The notes: generated from the sequence alone by a model not told the origin. Counted from the first letter of the stretch, positions 48,603 to 59,643 are shown. The stretch: 64,000 nucleotides of DNA from a virus (IMGVR_UViG_3300049617_000207:1-64000); one strand, 5' to 3'. Numbers and translations are program-made.

Positions 48603-49136
48603 CGTCACTCCGGCCTCGTCGTAGAGCGCGTCGATGTCGAGCGTGAAGTCGACGGAGTGTAAATGCACGAGCCCGGCGATTCGGTCGACATCGTAGGCAA
48701 AGTCGCCGGTCTCCGTGCGACGGTGCAGCCGCACCCACCGGCGCGTGGAGTCTACCACGAGATATTCCTGGAATTCTGCCATCGCCCGATATTCCGTGAG
48801 CTTCGGGCCGAGGTCGTCGCCCCGGTTCGGACTCATGATTTCGCACACGAGCTTACGCGGCTTGCCGTCGCAGATGACCATGAGGTCGGGGCTGCGCTCG
48901 GGGAATCGGCCGTGCTTGCCGGTACGCAGGCGCCCGGCGAGCCGCACCTTGCAGCCCGACGGCCGGAGGTGCGGGTTGAGCATCTCTAGCAGCCGCCCGG
49001 CGAGGTCTTGGTGCGCATCGCTCGGGATGCCCATATCGACGACCTGGCCGTCCACGTACTCGAAGCGGCCTTCGTGGCTCTCGGCGTACGCGAGAAATTC
49101 CTCGTAGGTAAGGGGCTTGGGCGTGGGCTCGTTCAT
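48600..49136 (-). CDS. Uma2/DUF820 family endonuclease-like protein
   Basis: LTYEEFL..RFEYVDG..H...SPDL..LVCEIMSP..KLTEY..EYLVVD. Confidence 0.88.
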   Translation of the reverse strand: MNEPTPKPLTYEEFLAYAESHEGRFEYVDGQVVDMGIPSDAHQDLAGRLLEMLNPHLRPSGCKVRLAGRLRTGKHGRFPERSPDLMVICDGKPRKLVCEIMSPNRGDDLGPKLTEYRAMAEFQEYLVVDSTRRWVRLHRRTETGDFAYDVDRIAGLVHLHSVDFTLDIDALYDEAGVT

Positions 49137-49570
49137 GCGCCGAGCTTCCCGGCGTAGCAACGCGCGCCTTTGTGCGCCCGGCGAAAGGCGAGCCGCGCGG
49201 CCATCGTCGCCTCGCGCGAAACGTGCCAGGAGATGACCCGCGAGGTCGCGTTCACCGGGTTGCCGGTGCTGCTGTAGCAACGGTGCCACGCGCTCACGCC
49301 GCCCGCCTCGGCGCTCGTGGTAAGCAGCGCCCAGGACTTGCCGGACACGCGCGGAGCGCACACGCCGCAGGTGCTCGTCGCGACGGTCATGTCGCGTCGT
49401 CGTCCGCAGTCCGGTTCCACGAGACGAGCGGGCGGCGCCCACCGTCGTCGTCGCCGCCGTAGTAGGCGGTGTGGCGGCCGGGGTGGCCTTGCGGCTTCTC
49501 GCATGGGGCGCCCGCCTTGTGCCAGGCGGCGCAGGTCTCGGAATCGGCCGTCTCGGTCGAAGTAGTCATG

Positions 49571-49783
49571 TCAGTTGCTTTCTGTCGAGTAGACGACGGT
49601 GCCGGTCTCGTGATCGTAGACGAAGGCCGGGATGTATTCGCTCGCCGTTCCGAAGCCGAGTGACCGGCGCTTGCGAGCCTCGACCTGGGCGCGTCCGAGG
49701 GCGCTGCCGAGGTCGGCATACATCGAGCGGGCGACCTTGATTTCGGGGGCACCGACGAGATTCACGGAGTAGCGTTTGTTCAT
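49571..49783 (-). CDS. hypothetical protein (probably leaderless)
   Basis: ATG 6 nt after -10 box TAGCAT. Confidence 0.65.
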   Translation of the reverse strand: MNKRYSVNLVGAPEIKVARSMYADLGSALGRAQVEARKRRSLGFGTASEYIPAFVYDHETGTVVYSTESN

Positions 49784-49834
49784 GCGCCCATGCTACACCC
49801 TGCGCGCTGAAAAGTCAATGCCGGAGGTGCCCCG

Positions 49835-50437
49835 TTACGCCTCGTCGAGCAACGCACCCATCCGTCGGGCCTCCGCAGCGATGAATTGCAGCGCCATCGC
49901 GTCGTCGGAGAAGTCGTCCAAGAAGGCCGTGATCGAGGCTTTCACCTCGTCGCTCACGCCGACCACGATCCCAACGCTTGCGAGCTTGCGGATGAGGTCC
50001 TTGGGCGCGACGTCGGGGAATAGCTCCATCGCCCGCGGCAGGCCGCCTGTCGTGTACCCGAGCGCGAGCTTGACCGCCTGCGCGTTGCTCCACGCCTCGC
50101 GCTGCTTACGCTGCCGCGGCGGATCGGCCGAGCCCGATGGTCCCGGCGGCGGCGGGGGCGTCTCCGGCGGCGGCGCGGCGCGGCCGTTGGTCGACGGTTG
50201 GCGGATCGTGTTTCTCACGGCCTCGGGCTCCTCTCGCGCGGGCGGCGGGGTCTCGGGGGCGTCGCGGCTCTCGACGTCGTCGCCGGGCTCCGGGGGCGCC
50301 CAATACGGCCGCTCCGCCGGAGGCGGCACGCGCTCATCATCCCGCTGCGGCGCCCCGCCCACGATTCCCCGCAGGAAGACGGGCACGGTATCGCCGCGCC
50401 TGGCCAGTTGCAGGCCGGGGATCGGCGTGCTAGACAC
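49835..50437 (-). CDS. Pro-rich hypothetical protein
   Basis: ORF whose TAA is part of the promoter repeat. Confidence 0.55.
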   Translation of the reverse strand: MSSTPIPGLQLARRGDTVPVFLRGIVGGAPQRDDERVPPPAERPYWAPPEPGDDVESRDAPETPPPAREEPEAVRNTIRQPSTNGRAAPPPETPPPPPGPSGSADPPRQRKQREAWSNAQAVKLALGYTTGGLPRAMELFPDVAPKDLIRKLASVGIVVGVSDEVKASITAFLDDFSDDAMALQFIAAEARRMGALLDEA

Positions 50438-50465
50438 GTGGAGCCCGCTTGCTCATACGGCGTGC

Positions 50466-51035
50466 TTACGGCGTGCGCGCAAATAAGTCCCCCGTTAGCG
50501 GCTTTTGCGCCACCCGGATCGCAGCCAGCGCCCAAGCTCGGGCCACGTCCGCACGCCGTCGCTCCCGATGGCCGTCGCGATAAACCACACGCCGAAGAGG
50601 ACGGTCGCAAACCTGGACCGTCCGCACAACGTCCTGCCCGAGCTTCCTGCGTAGGCGCCGCACGTGGACGTCAACCGTCCGCTCGTCGGCGACGACGTCG
50701 CCCCAAAGCTCGTCCATAAGCTCGTCGCGCGAGAACGCGCGCTCCGGGTTGCGCGCGAGATGCACGAAGAGGGCGTACTCCTTGGGCTTCAGCGCCACCC
50801 GCACGTGCCCGAAGCGCACCGTGTGCGCCACGGTGTCGACGACGATCCGGCCGACGCGTAGCTCGTCGCTCTGCGCCCGGCGTGCGCTACGCAAGGCGCA
50901 CACGATCCGCGCGACGCCCTCGCGCAAGTCCGGCTCGTCGGGGGGAACGGGATCGTGCCCGTCCATCCCCTCTTCCGCGTAGTAGGCGACGGCCTCGGCC
51001 ATCGCGGGCGTGAGCTTAACAACGACCTCCTTCAC
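50466..51035 (-). CDS. OmpR/PhoB-type winged-helix DNA-binding protein lacking a receiver domain
   Basis: LKPKEYALF..LARNPERAFSRDELMDELWG..ERTVDVHVRRLRRKLG. Confidence 0.85.
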   Translation of the reverse strand: MKEVVVKLTPAMAEAVAYYAEEGMDGHDPVPPDEPDLREGVARIVCALRSARRAQSDELRVGRIVVDTVAHTVRFGHVRVALKPKEYALFVHLARNPERAFSRDELMDELWGDVVADERTVDVHVRRLRRKLGQDVVRTVQVCDRPLRRVVYRDGHRERRRADVARAWALAAIRVAQKPLTGDLFARTP

Positions 51036-52522
51036 GTCGGGACACCGTCGCGACGGATCGGCCAGGGCCGATGCGGCAGGCCCTTCCAGGACGCGGGCGG
51101 CCACGTCGCACGCTCGTCGTCGTAGGCGGCGAAGGCGAGCCGCGGCGGCGGGCCAGGATCGCGCGGCGGATCGGCGTTGACCGCCTCCCATCGCGCCTGC
51201 TGCTCGATGTCGCGCGGATCGTACGAGTCGTGCCAAACCACAAACCCGCAGTCGAGGTGCCGGTAGCGAAAGCAACACCGCAGCCCTTGGCCGTCCCGTC
51301 CGTCCATGTCGACGACGCGGCGCCGGTAGCAGTCGGGGCAGCGCGTGTACGCGGGGCGCGGCCACGGAATCGAGGTCTTCGCGCGCGGCTCGCTCACCCG
51401 CGCGGCTCCATGCTCTCTTCGACCTTCTCGTTGAACCAGGCAAGCGCCACGCGCGCGGCAGCCAAGAGGGCGCCGTCGCCGTCGTTGGGGGCGTCGCCGC
51501 TCTGCGTGTAGCTCCCGAGGTCGGCGCGCCACGAAATGATCCGCGGGTTGTGGCGCTGCACCCACACCTCAATGCCGATGTCGCCGACCTCGATGTTGGT
51601 CGCGAGGAGGGCGCCGGGCCGGGCGAACCATTCGAGCTTGCAGGCGCACGAGCAGCCGAAGTAGCGGCCGTGGTTGCACATCGACTCGTGGAAGTCGAGG
51701 TCGGCCACGGGCACGAGGGTCATGGGCGCGGTCGGCGCGGTCATGCCGACACCGTGCGGCCCAGGCGCGCGGCGGCGGTGGCAGCCTGCTTGCGGAAGTG
51801 CTCGCGATGTTGGGCGGCGTGACGGTCGGCGTCTTCGCGTGTCGGGCACGGCGAGTTTGCTTGCACGCCGTTGATCGAGACGAAGAAGACGGTGCCGCAA
51901 TCGTACCAGGGGACTTCGACGACCATGACCGAGCGAAAGAAGCGCCCGAGCATGAGGTCGACGCAGTCCGCGCACACGTACTTCGCGGGCACGTCGCGCA
52001 GAGTCTCCGACGCCCATCCGTCGGCGTTGCCGCTCTCGCCGCAGAGCGGCAGGCGGATGCGGTCGCTCGGCACGGTGAGGTGGCGGGTCGGGCTGCTCCG
52101 GCGGTTCGTCTTGAGGGTCTCGGTCATCGGGTCGATGCCGTCGATTTTTGCCATGTGGGTCGTGTCCTTTGGGCGCATCTCGCGCCCGGTGTCGGGGTGC
52201 CTTCATGCTACGCTTTGCGCGCTGGAAAGTCAAGCGCATCGGGGCACCTCTCCGTCACTCGTCGCATACGAGGGCACGAGGGGAAAAGAAGAAGAGGCGA
52301 TGGTGAGTCGCCTCTTCGGGGGTGGGATCGGGCCGCCTGGCCCGGTTAGAAGACGTCGGTGTCGAGCGCCCGGCGCGCGTCCGCGTAGGCCGCGAACGCG
52401 ACCTCGGCGCCGCGCGCCTCGCGGCAGAATCGCTCGCCGCTCTTGGGATCGTAGGCGTGGCCGCAAGCCGGGAAGGTCGGGCACTCGTACGCGTACCATG
52501 ATACGCCCTGCGCGCTGGAAAG

Positions 52523-53240
<718 letters not shown>

Positions 53241-53798
53241 GGCGCCCGCTTGAGGTAGTCGAAGACGCCTTGCCGGGCGAGGTCGCTGTAGCGTTGCGTG
53301 CCGAACATCGGCCGCCCGCACGCCGAGCACGCGTACCATCCGACGTGCTCCGGCGCCCCCGGCCGCAGGAGCGTGAAGCCAAGCGGCGCCTCATCGACAC
53401 GCGCCACCGGCAGCACGTGGCGCCCGAAGAGACAACGCACGGCCTGCAGCACTACGGGTCCTCCTCGCTGCGGAACGCGCGGTCGGCGCCGTCCTCATCG
53501 TCGGGGTCGACGGGCTCGATCCCGTAGCCGACGATAGTGCCGCGCGTGGCGTGCTGCGGGATCATCCGCTTGAGCTTGGCCTCGGCCTCCGTGAACGGCA
53601 TCTCCGTCGAGAGCACCGCTGCAACGCGGACCTGCGCGCCTTGGAGGTCGTCGCCGCGGCCGAGATAGACGACGAAGAGCCGGTAGAGGTGCGTCGTCTC
53701 GTCGGGCGCGCTCACTTACGCACCGGCCGCGGCGCGCCTGGCGCATAGCCCCCGGCGAGCACCTCGCGCAGTTGCGCGATAGCCGTGGCGCCCGTGAT

Positions 53799-55153
53799 GT
53801 GCTTTCGATGTGTGCGTCCTTTAGGCAGCATTTTCACGCCTCCCGAGCCGGGTGCCCCCCGGCGATAACTCACTTAAAAGCGCCAACTGCGCTCGCCCTA
53901 GGATATTCCGCGCGGCGTTCACGTCGGCGTGGTCGCGATGACCACACGCTACGCAAACGAACCGCACGCCATCCCGATTCTCCGGCGCGACGTGCGCGCA
54001 CTCGGCGCACGTCCGCGACGTATTCCTTGGATTCACGCTAACGACTACGCGAGCGGCACATGCTGCCTTCTCGCGGATTAACGTGACCAATGTTCCCCAT
54101 GCAACATCCCCGATGCTACGATTAAGGCTCGACTTCGCCGCGACGTTCGTGCCCGGCTTCTCGACTGTACCTCTCGCCGACCGCATCATGTTTCGCACGG
54201 TGAGAGCTTCGACCGCGATGCCGTCATACGCGTTCACGATCCGGCGCGAAAGTTTATGCAGCGCGTCACGTCGTGCGTTCGCCTCGCGCTCCCGAGCCCG
54301 CGCCAATCGTCCTACCGCCGCCGCCCGCGCCGGGTCCTTCCAATTCACACAACGGCCCAGGCTGTCCGTTGCGGTACGCTTGGCGACAACGCGCGAGGCG
54401 ACCGCCACGCGCTCCGCTCGCTTGGCGAGATGACGCGGATTCGTGACAAGTTCCCCGTCCGAAGTGGCGGCCAACACGGTCACGCCAACGTCAAGTCCGA
54501 CGACGGCGCCGGTGCGCGGGAGCGGCTCAACCTCGCGGTTGCACTCGAATATCGCGTGCCAACGCCCATTCTTCTCGACCACGAAGGCACGACCGAACGC
54601 GGGAATGGGCCGCCCCTTCCGCATGGTGATCGTGCCAACGCCGGGGACTCGCACTTTCGTCTGCGCCGCGTTGAATTGGAAGTAGCGGTCGCCGTGCGAA
54701 ACCTCGATTTGATTCCAGCGTGAGGCTGCACGATAGCGCGGGAACCCACGCCCCTTGCCTTCCTTAACCCGGCGGAAGAACGCCGCGAAGGCGAGGTCGA
54801 GCCGGTGGAGAACCGCGTCCTGGCACTCCCGATGAATCGCCTTTACGCCAGGATCGTCGGCCCGTAACGCGGTCAACTCTGCAGACTGCATCTTTACGGA
54901 CACCGTAACGCGGCGCATCCGGTACGCGTCTTTTCGCTCTTGCAGCGCCGCGTTGTAAAGATTCCTAGTGGCGTGCAGGACGTGCCAAAGTCTTCGCTCC
55001 TGTGAAGCGGACGGGTATAAGCGAACCTTGTGCATCCAGCGCATATTCTCTACCACTAAGTATAACACACTAGCGTCGCGGGCGGGGGGCGCCAGGTGCG
55101 TAGCCGCCCGACAGGACATCTCGTAACTGCGAGATGGCGACCGAGCCGGAAAT
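53799..55153 (-). mobile_element. tnpB cassette carrying a recoded host-gene 3' end
   Basis: Diverged duplication of a ~29-codon gene end (55070-55156 vs 53712-53801) brackets tnpB; no tnpA. Confidence 0.7.
53821..55044 (-). CDS. tnpB: TnpB RNA-guided endonuclease
   Basis: KVRLYPS, LYNAAL, GFPRYR; RuvC GLDVG/IAVEAL/HADVNAA; CAEC-CVAC zinc finger. Confidence 0.93.
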   Translation of the reverse strand: MRWMHKVRLYPSASQERRLWHVLHATRNLYNAALQERKDAYRMRRVTVSVKMQSAELTALRADDPGVKAIHRECQDAVLHRLDLAFAAFFRRVKEGKGRGFPRYRAASRWNQIEVSHGDRYFQFNAAQTKVRVPGVGTITMRKGRPIPAFGRAFVVEKNGRWHAIFECNREVEPLPRTGAVVGLDVGVTVLAATSDGELVTNPRHLAKRAERVAVASRVVAKRTATDSLGRCVNWKDPARAAAVGRLARAREREANARRDALHKLSRRIVNAYDGIAVEALTVRNMMRSARGTVEKPGTNVAAKSSLNRSIGDVAWGTLVTLIREKAACAARVVVSVNPRNTSRTCAECAHVAPENRDGVRFVCVACGHRDHADVNAARNILGRAQLALLSELSPGGTRLGRRENAA

Positions 55154-55354
55154 GTGCTCGGGCATCCGCTGCCAATGCGTCACGAGGAGCTTCGCCTGCT
55201 CGACGATCCGCGCGTCGGCCTGCGAGAAGAGCATCGTGTCGAGCCCGGCGAGGATCGCCCCGCGAAGCTCCGGCTGCTGAATCCGCTCCGCGACCGTGCG
55301 CGCCGTAGCAATCGCCTGCTGCGCCGGGGTCGGCTCGACCGTCATCTTACTCAT
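55070..55354 (-). CDS. hypothetical protein (host gene of tnpB cassette)
   Basis: Intact ORF whose C-terminus is duplicated downstream of tnpB. Confidence 0.7.
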   Translation of the reverse strand: MSKMTVEPTPAQQAIATARTVAERIQQPELRGAILAGLDTMLFSQADARIVEQAKLLVTHWQRMPEHISGSVAISQLRDVLSGGYAPGAPRPRR

Positions 55355-55465
55355 GGGCGCCGCTTCGCGTCTCGCGTACGCCGTCCCTACGGCCAGGGCA
55401 CCCCGTTACGTTGTTTTTCGCGCGACGGCGTGGTATGCTAGAGGCCACCAAGGAGGGCAAGTCTG

Positions 55466-55897
55466 TTGCCTAGTTTCAACCACATAACGCTCGTGGGCAA
55501 TCTCACGCGCGACCCCGAGATTCGCTACGTCGACGGCGGCGGCAAAGCCGTTACCAAGTTTTCGCTTGCCATAAATCGCAAGACCAAGGGCGCCGACGAA
55601 ACCATGTTTATCGACATCGTCGCATGGGATCGCCTGGGCGAAGTCTGCAATCAGTATCTCAAGAAGGGCGACCCCGCGCTCATCTCTGGACGCCTCGCCA
55701 TTCGCAAGTACGACGACAAGGATGGCAATAAACGCACGGCCGTCGAGGTCGTCGCAAGCGACATGCAGATGCTCGGAACCAAACGCGATGCCGCGGCACC
55801 GGCACCGGCACGTAGCGGCGCAGGCGGCGGATACGCACCGGCGAGCGGCGGCCGCACGGAAGAGGAAGAGGATGCTTTCGACGACATTCCCTTCTAG
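55466..55897 (+). CDS. ssb: single-stranded DNA-binding protein
   Basis: LVGNLTRDPE...DDIPF; AAGGAGG RBS. Confidence 0.95.
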   Translation: MPSFNHITLVGNLTRDPEIRYVDGGGKAVTKFSLAINRKTKGADETMFIDIVAWDRLGEVCNQYLKKGDPALISGRLAIRKYDDKDGNKRTAVEVVASDMQMLGTKRDAAAPAPARSGAGGGYAPASGGRTEEEEDAFDDIPF

Positions 55898-55928
55898 CGC
55901 GCTGAAAAGCCCAAGGAGGGGCGCACCG

Positions 55929-56444
55929 ATGCAACCGCTAACCGAAAACCCTATGCCGACCAAAGTGCGCGTGAGCGCCGAACCGAAGTTTACCCAATGG
56001 TTATGGTTCCAGCGAGACCGCTCGGACTCCGTGGGCCGCGTCGCACGCTTTGCGTTCGCCGACGTCGGCCCCGGCGGGCGCGAGCGCCCCTGCTGGCCGC
56101 ACGCCTCCAAGACCGTCGGGCACTTCGTCATGCACCTGCGCACCGAGCACCCGAAGGACCCCGACGCGCCGACCGAGATAGTCGTGCGCGACGCGTTCTC
56201 GGAGTTTCGCGAGTTCCTCGCCTCGGGCGGGAAGGTCCCCTTGCGACACGGCGGCGTCCGCGCGACCGTCGCCAACGTCAACCGGCACCGCGGGTACGTG
56301 CTCCCCGGCGATACCATCGAAAAGATCAAAGAGCTTGCCGAGCACGGCGACGTGAAGCAAGGCAAGCTTCTTGAGCGGCTCGTGGCCGCCGAGCACCGGC
56401 GGGTCTTCGGCAAGCCGAAACCAAGCGAGGCCGTGCCGTCTTGA
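55929..56444 (+). CDS. hypothetical protein, YozE-like N-terminus and possible DNA-binding C-terminus
   Basis: FTQWL..QRDRSDSVGRVA; AAGGAGG RBS. Confidence 0.5.
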   Translation: MQPLTENPMPTKVRVSAEPKFTQWLWFQRDRSDSVGRVARFAFADVGPGGRERPCWPHASKTVGHFVMHLRTEHPKDPDAPTEIVVRDAFSEFREFLASGGKVPLRHGGVRATVANVNRHRGYVLPGDTIEKIKELAEHGDVKQGKLLERLVAAEHRRVFGKPKPSEAVPS

Positions 56445-56467
56445 CCTTTTCTGCGCGCTAAAGTAGT

Positions 56468-56734
56468 ATGAAGGATATTATGCCATCCCCAAAGCGAATC
56501 GCCTCCGGCGTGATGGGCCGCCCTCGGACTCCCGAGACCGAGCGGCTCGTCGCGTACGGCCTGCACATCACGCCCGACAAGAAGAAGAAGCTCGTCGAGG
56601 TGAAGGACTTCGAGGGCGTCTCCATCCGCGAATGGATCGAGACGCAGATCGAACGCGCCTGGGTGAGCATGCAAGAACGCAAAGCCGAAGAGCGCGCCGA
56701 CAAGAAGCTCGGCCGCCAACGGATCGCAAGCTAA
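56468..56734 (+). CDS. putative RHH-type regulator
   Basis: MGRPR...EGVSIREWIETQI; promoter at 56441. Confidence 0.5.
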   Translation: MKDIMPSPKRIASGVMGRPRTPETERLVAYGLHITPDKKKKLVEVKDFEGVSIREWIETQIERAWVSMQERKAEERADKKLGRQRIAS

Positions 56735-57130
56735 AGAAGCCCCGTGCGCGCGAAGAAGCCCGCGCCTTCGGTGCCCACTCCCGCCCCGCCGCCGGTCCCT
56801 CCACCGACGTGGCGCGAGCGAATCGCAACGGTCGCGAACGGCATCGGCCGAGCCCTAGCGTATCGCGAAGCCCTCAAGGGAAGCCTGCCGACCTTTCGGG
56901 TGGGGCGCCGCCTACTCGTCGGGGTCGCAGCCCTCGAACGTCTTCTCGGCGAGGCTATTGATTGACAGCAAAAGAGCAGCGACCCCGCGGGATGTGAGAC
57001 CGCGGGGCCGCCCGCTATCCCCTCGGGTCTGCCGTGTGCCCCGAGGGCGAAGAGGCTCCCCCAATGCGGTGCCTACGGACACACGGGAGAAGCGCCTTCG
57101 TACGCGGCTCCTGTCGCACGCCGCGGCCCC

Positions 57131-57847
57131 CTAGACTTCCGGCATGATCCGCGGGTGTCCTAGCGCGTCAGAAAAGTGGTTACAGAAGCACGCGACCGCC
57201 CGCGCGAACGTCCCCGAGGCAGCCGCGCCGGGATCGGGCAGCCCGAGCCGCTCGTACGCCCCCGCGGCGAGTGCGTAGCGGTTGAGCGACTGCGGCACCT
57301 CCGAGCCTTTCACGAGCGCGTCGGCCGCGGTAAGTAGCTCGGCGTACGTCGCGCAAAAGAGCGGCACGGAGTAGTGCGGATCGGCGAGCTTCTCGGCCCG
57401 CTGCGGCCACGTGAGCGCCGCCATGCCGGGCAGCGCGACCACGGTCGCCCCCGGCACCTGGCCCGGTCCCCAATCGGTGCCCTCGGGCGTCTGCGTCGGG
57501 TTCGTGTCGAGATAGTGCCCATTGCGGCAGGCGAGCGAAAACCGGCTCTCCGCGCACATCGCCGCGGCCAAGAAGTCGACCGGCACCCGGTACTCCGCCG
57601 CCCCGGCGGTTAGCTCGGCCGCGATAGCCTCGACCTCCATGCTATTGGGGGGGATCATGAGCACGCCGCGGATCGGCACGTCGAGGTGCAGCACGTGCGC
57701 GACGATGATTCCCTGTAGCGTCGCGTTCTTTACCGGCATCGGGCCGGACTGAAAGCCGTCGCGATGCCCGAACGCACGCTCAAGCTCGGCGACGACGTCG
57801 GCGATTCCCTGCGAGCCGGTCGTGGTGAGGATGATGGGCGAGGTCAT
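57131..57847 (-). CDS. lysozyme/lytic transglycosylase-like protein
   Basis: FLAAAMCAESRF...DWGPGQV. Confidence 0.55.
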   Translation of the reverse strand: MTSPIILTTTGSQGIADVVAELERAFGHRDGFQSGPMPVKNATLQGIIVAHVLHLDVPIRGVLMIPPNSMEVEAIAAELTAGAAEYRVPVDFLAAAMCAESRFSLACRNGHYLDTNPTQTPEGTDWGPGQVPGATVVALPGMAALTWPQRAEKLADPHYSVPLFCATYAELLTAADALVKGSEVPQSLNRYALAAGAYERLGLPDPGAAASGTFARAVACFCNHFSDALGHPRIMPEV

Positions 57848-58530
57848 GAAGCGAGACTCCCGATAGGCTTGGCGTGCTCGGCGTCGGCGGCGAAGGCCGC
57901 CTCCGCGTCGACGCCGGAGAGGTATTCAACAGCGAGGTACTCCAACGCTTGCGCGTCGGCGTTCTTGGCCCCGACTAGCTCGTGCTCGGTCAACAGCACG
58001 TCGAGCGCGCGCCGGACGATGTCGTATTGGCCTTGAAACAGCGTGAACGTGAGCTTCACCGGCGGCGCTTCGGTCGGCTCCGGCGCCATCACGCGCTCCA
58101 TCGCGGCAACGACGTCGGCGTCCGCGCGCATGAGCAGTTGGAGGTCCTCGATTTGACTCTGCGACTCCGGCAGCATGAGCGCGAGACTCTTGGCGTCCAC
58201 GCCCGCACGTAGTATTTCATCGACAAGCTCGGCGCGCTTGCGCGGATCGTCGTTGCCGCGCAGGCGATTGAGCGAGGCGAGCGCGATGTCGGCTTCCTTC
58301 TCGGAGACATCCCACACCTGACATTCACCTTCGGTGCGCCCGAGCTTCTGTAGCGCGAGCCGCCGGTGATGTCCGTCGAGCAGCATGTAACGGTCGCCGG
58401 TCGGCCGCACGATCATCGCCGGGTAATGGCCCGTGCGTTTGATGTTCGCCACGAGCTTCTTAAAGTCGGCCGCCGCAAGGACATTCGCGTTGCGTGGGTT
58501 CGGGTCGAGCCGGTCGAGCCGGAGCATCAT
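57844..58530 (-). CDS. ParB/Srx N-terminal domain protein
   Basis: LDPNPRNAN..IKRTG..LLDGHHR. Confidence 0.85.
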   Translation of the reverse strand: MMLRLDRLDPNPRNANVLAAADFKKLVANIKRTGHYPAMIVRPTGDRYMLLDGHHRRLALQKLGRTEGECQVWDVSEKEADIALASLNRLRGNDDPRKRAELVDEILRAGVDAKSLALMLPESQSQIEDLQLLMRADADVVAAMERVMAPEPTEAPPVKLTFTLFQGQYDIVRRALDVLLTEHELVGAKNADAQALEYLAVEYLSGVDAEAAFAADAEHAKPIGSLAS

Positions 58531-59357
58531 GTCCCGTCGCCCTCCCAATTCCGATTTCGCTGGAAGCCCGCGGCGCGTGGATGGCCGCCGCCGCCGTAGC
58601 TCTCTGCGATTTTGCTCACGTCGACGTCGCCGACGGATCGCAGCGAGAAGACGCGCCCTTTCTCCGTATCGAAATAGCAAGCCGCGAACGGCTCGCCCAC
58701 GGCCATCGCGTTGCCTGCATCGCTAATGAGCGTGATCGGCAGGTTTGCGACCGGCACGTCGTATCCGCCGATGACCATGCGACGGCGCGTGATCGGCACG
58801 AGCATCGCGACATCCGCTAACTGCTTACGCTCTAACGAAACGCCCTCGCGCCGCAGCGATTCCACCGGGCGGCGCATTAGCTCATCCCACGTCGCGAAGT
58901 CCTGCGGATACGACGAGAGGGCGGCGAAGATTTCGCGCGTGCCCGGCAACGCGAACCGCCACAAGTCGCGGTCCTCGATGTGGAGCAGTAACGGCGGAGG
59001 CGGCCCGGAGTGAAACCACGACCACGCAAGGATGGCGCCGGAGTTTTCCATGCGGAAGACGGCCGCGGCTCCATCCCCTCCCCACTCGCCATGCGCGTCG
59101 GGAAGAAAGCACAAGTCCGCTTCGGCCGTCTTGTGATGATCGAGCACGAGCAGCGTCCGGCACGACGCGATCATCTTTTCGAGCACGGGCCGCGGGTACG
59201 AGAAGTCGACGATGACGACGTCGCGGCCGGTAACGTCGGGCGGATCGAACCCGAAGACGCCGCCGACAAATTCGGTGTTTGCGTGCGCCGCGTGAACGGC
59301 CCAGGCCGCCGCGAAGCCGTCGAAGCACGGGCTATGGAAAATGCACAGGCGCCTCAA
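58527..59357 (-). CDS. DHH/DHHA1 phosphoesterase
   Basis: HSPCFDG, VDFS, LDHHKT, IEDRDLW, SLRS, GGGGH..AAGF. Confidence 0.9.
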   Translation of the reverse strand: MRRLCIFHSPCFDGFAAAWAVHAAHANTEFVGGVFGFDPPDVTGRDVVIVDFSYPRPVLEKMIASCRTLLVLDHHKTAEADLCFLPDAHGEWGGDGAAAVFRMENSGAILAWSWFHSGPPPPLLLHIEDRDLWRFALPGTREIFAALSSYPQDFATWDELMRRPVESLRREGVSLERKQLADVAMLVPITRRRMVIGGYDVPVANLPITLISDAGNAMAVGEPFAACYFDTEKGRVFSLRSVGDVDVSKIAESYGGGGHPRAAGFQRNRNWEGDGT

Positions 59358-59643
59358 ATGACGTCCTCCGCGCGCGTCACGAGCCCGTCGCCCTCCACGA
59401 GCATGACGTCGGAGAGGAACGTGCAGCGCAGCGCGCAGGATCGGCCGGTACGCATGTGCGTGCCCCACCGCCACTCTTCCCGGTTCACGACCGGCTGCAG
59501 CCTGCGCGCGCAGCGCGGGCAGCGTCCGCAGGCAATCAGGATCGCCCGGCGCAGGCGCAGCGCCGCGTGCCGCCGCACGAGCAGCCACGTGCGTAGCGCC
59601 CCGTGAGGCGGCATCGCGACCTCGGTTAAGATCGGCGCGCCGG

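Noticed and set aside
47926-49837. 49-bp repeats as a CRISPR array or attC sites
   Set aside because: Spacing is 0.6-1.2 kb with genes between, the repeats contain -35/-10 boxes, and no cas or integron integrase is present.
53821-55044. Nuclease-dead TldR-type or canonical IS605 element
   Set aside because: All three RuvC acidic residues are present; no tnpA or typical end hairpins seen.
53712-55159. Diversity-generating retroelement TR/VR pair
   Set aside because: Differences are not adenine-specific, largely preserve the peptide, and no reverse transcriptase is present.
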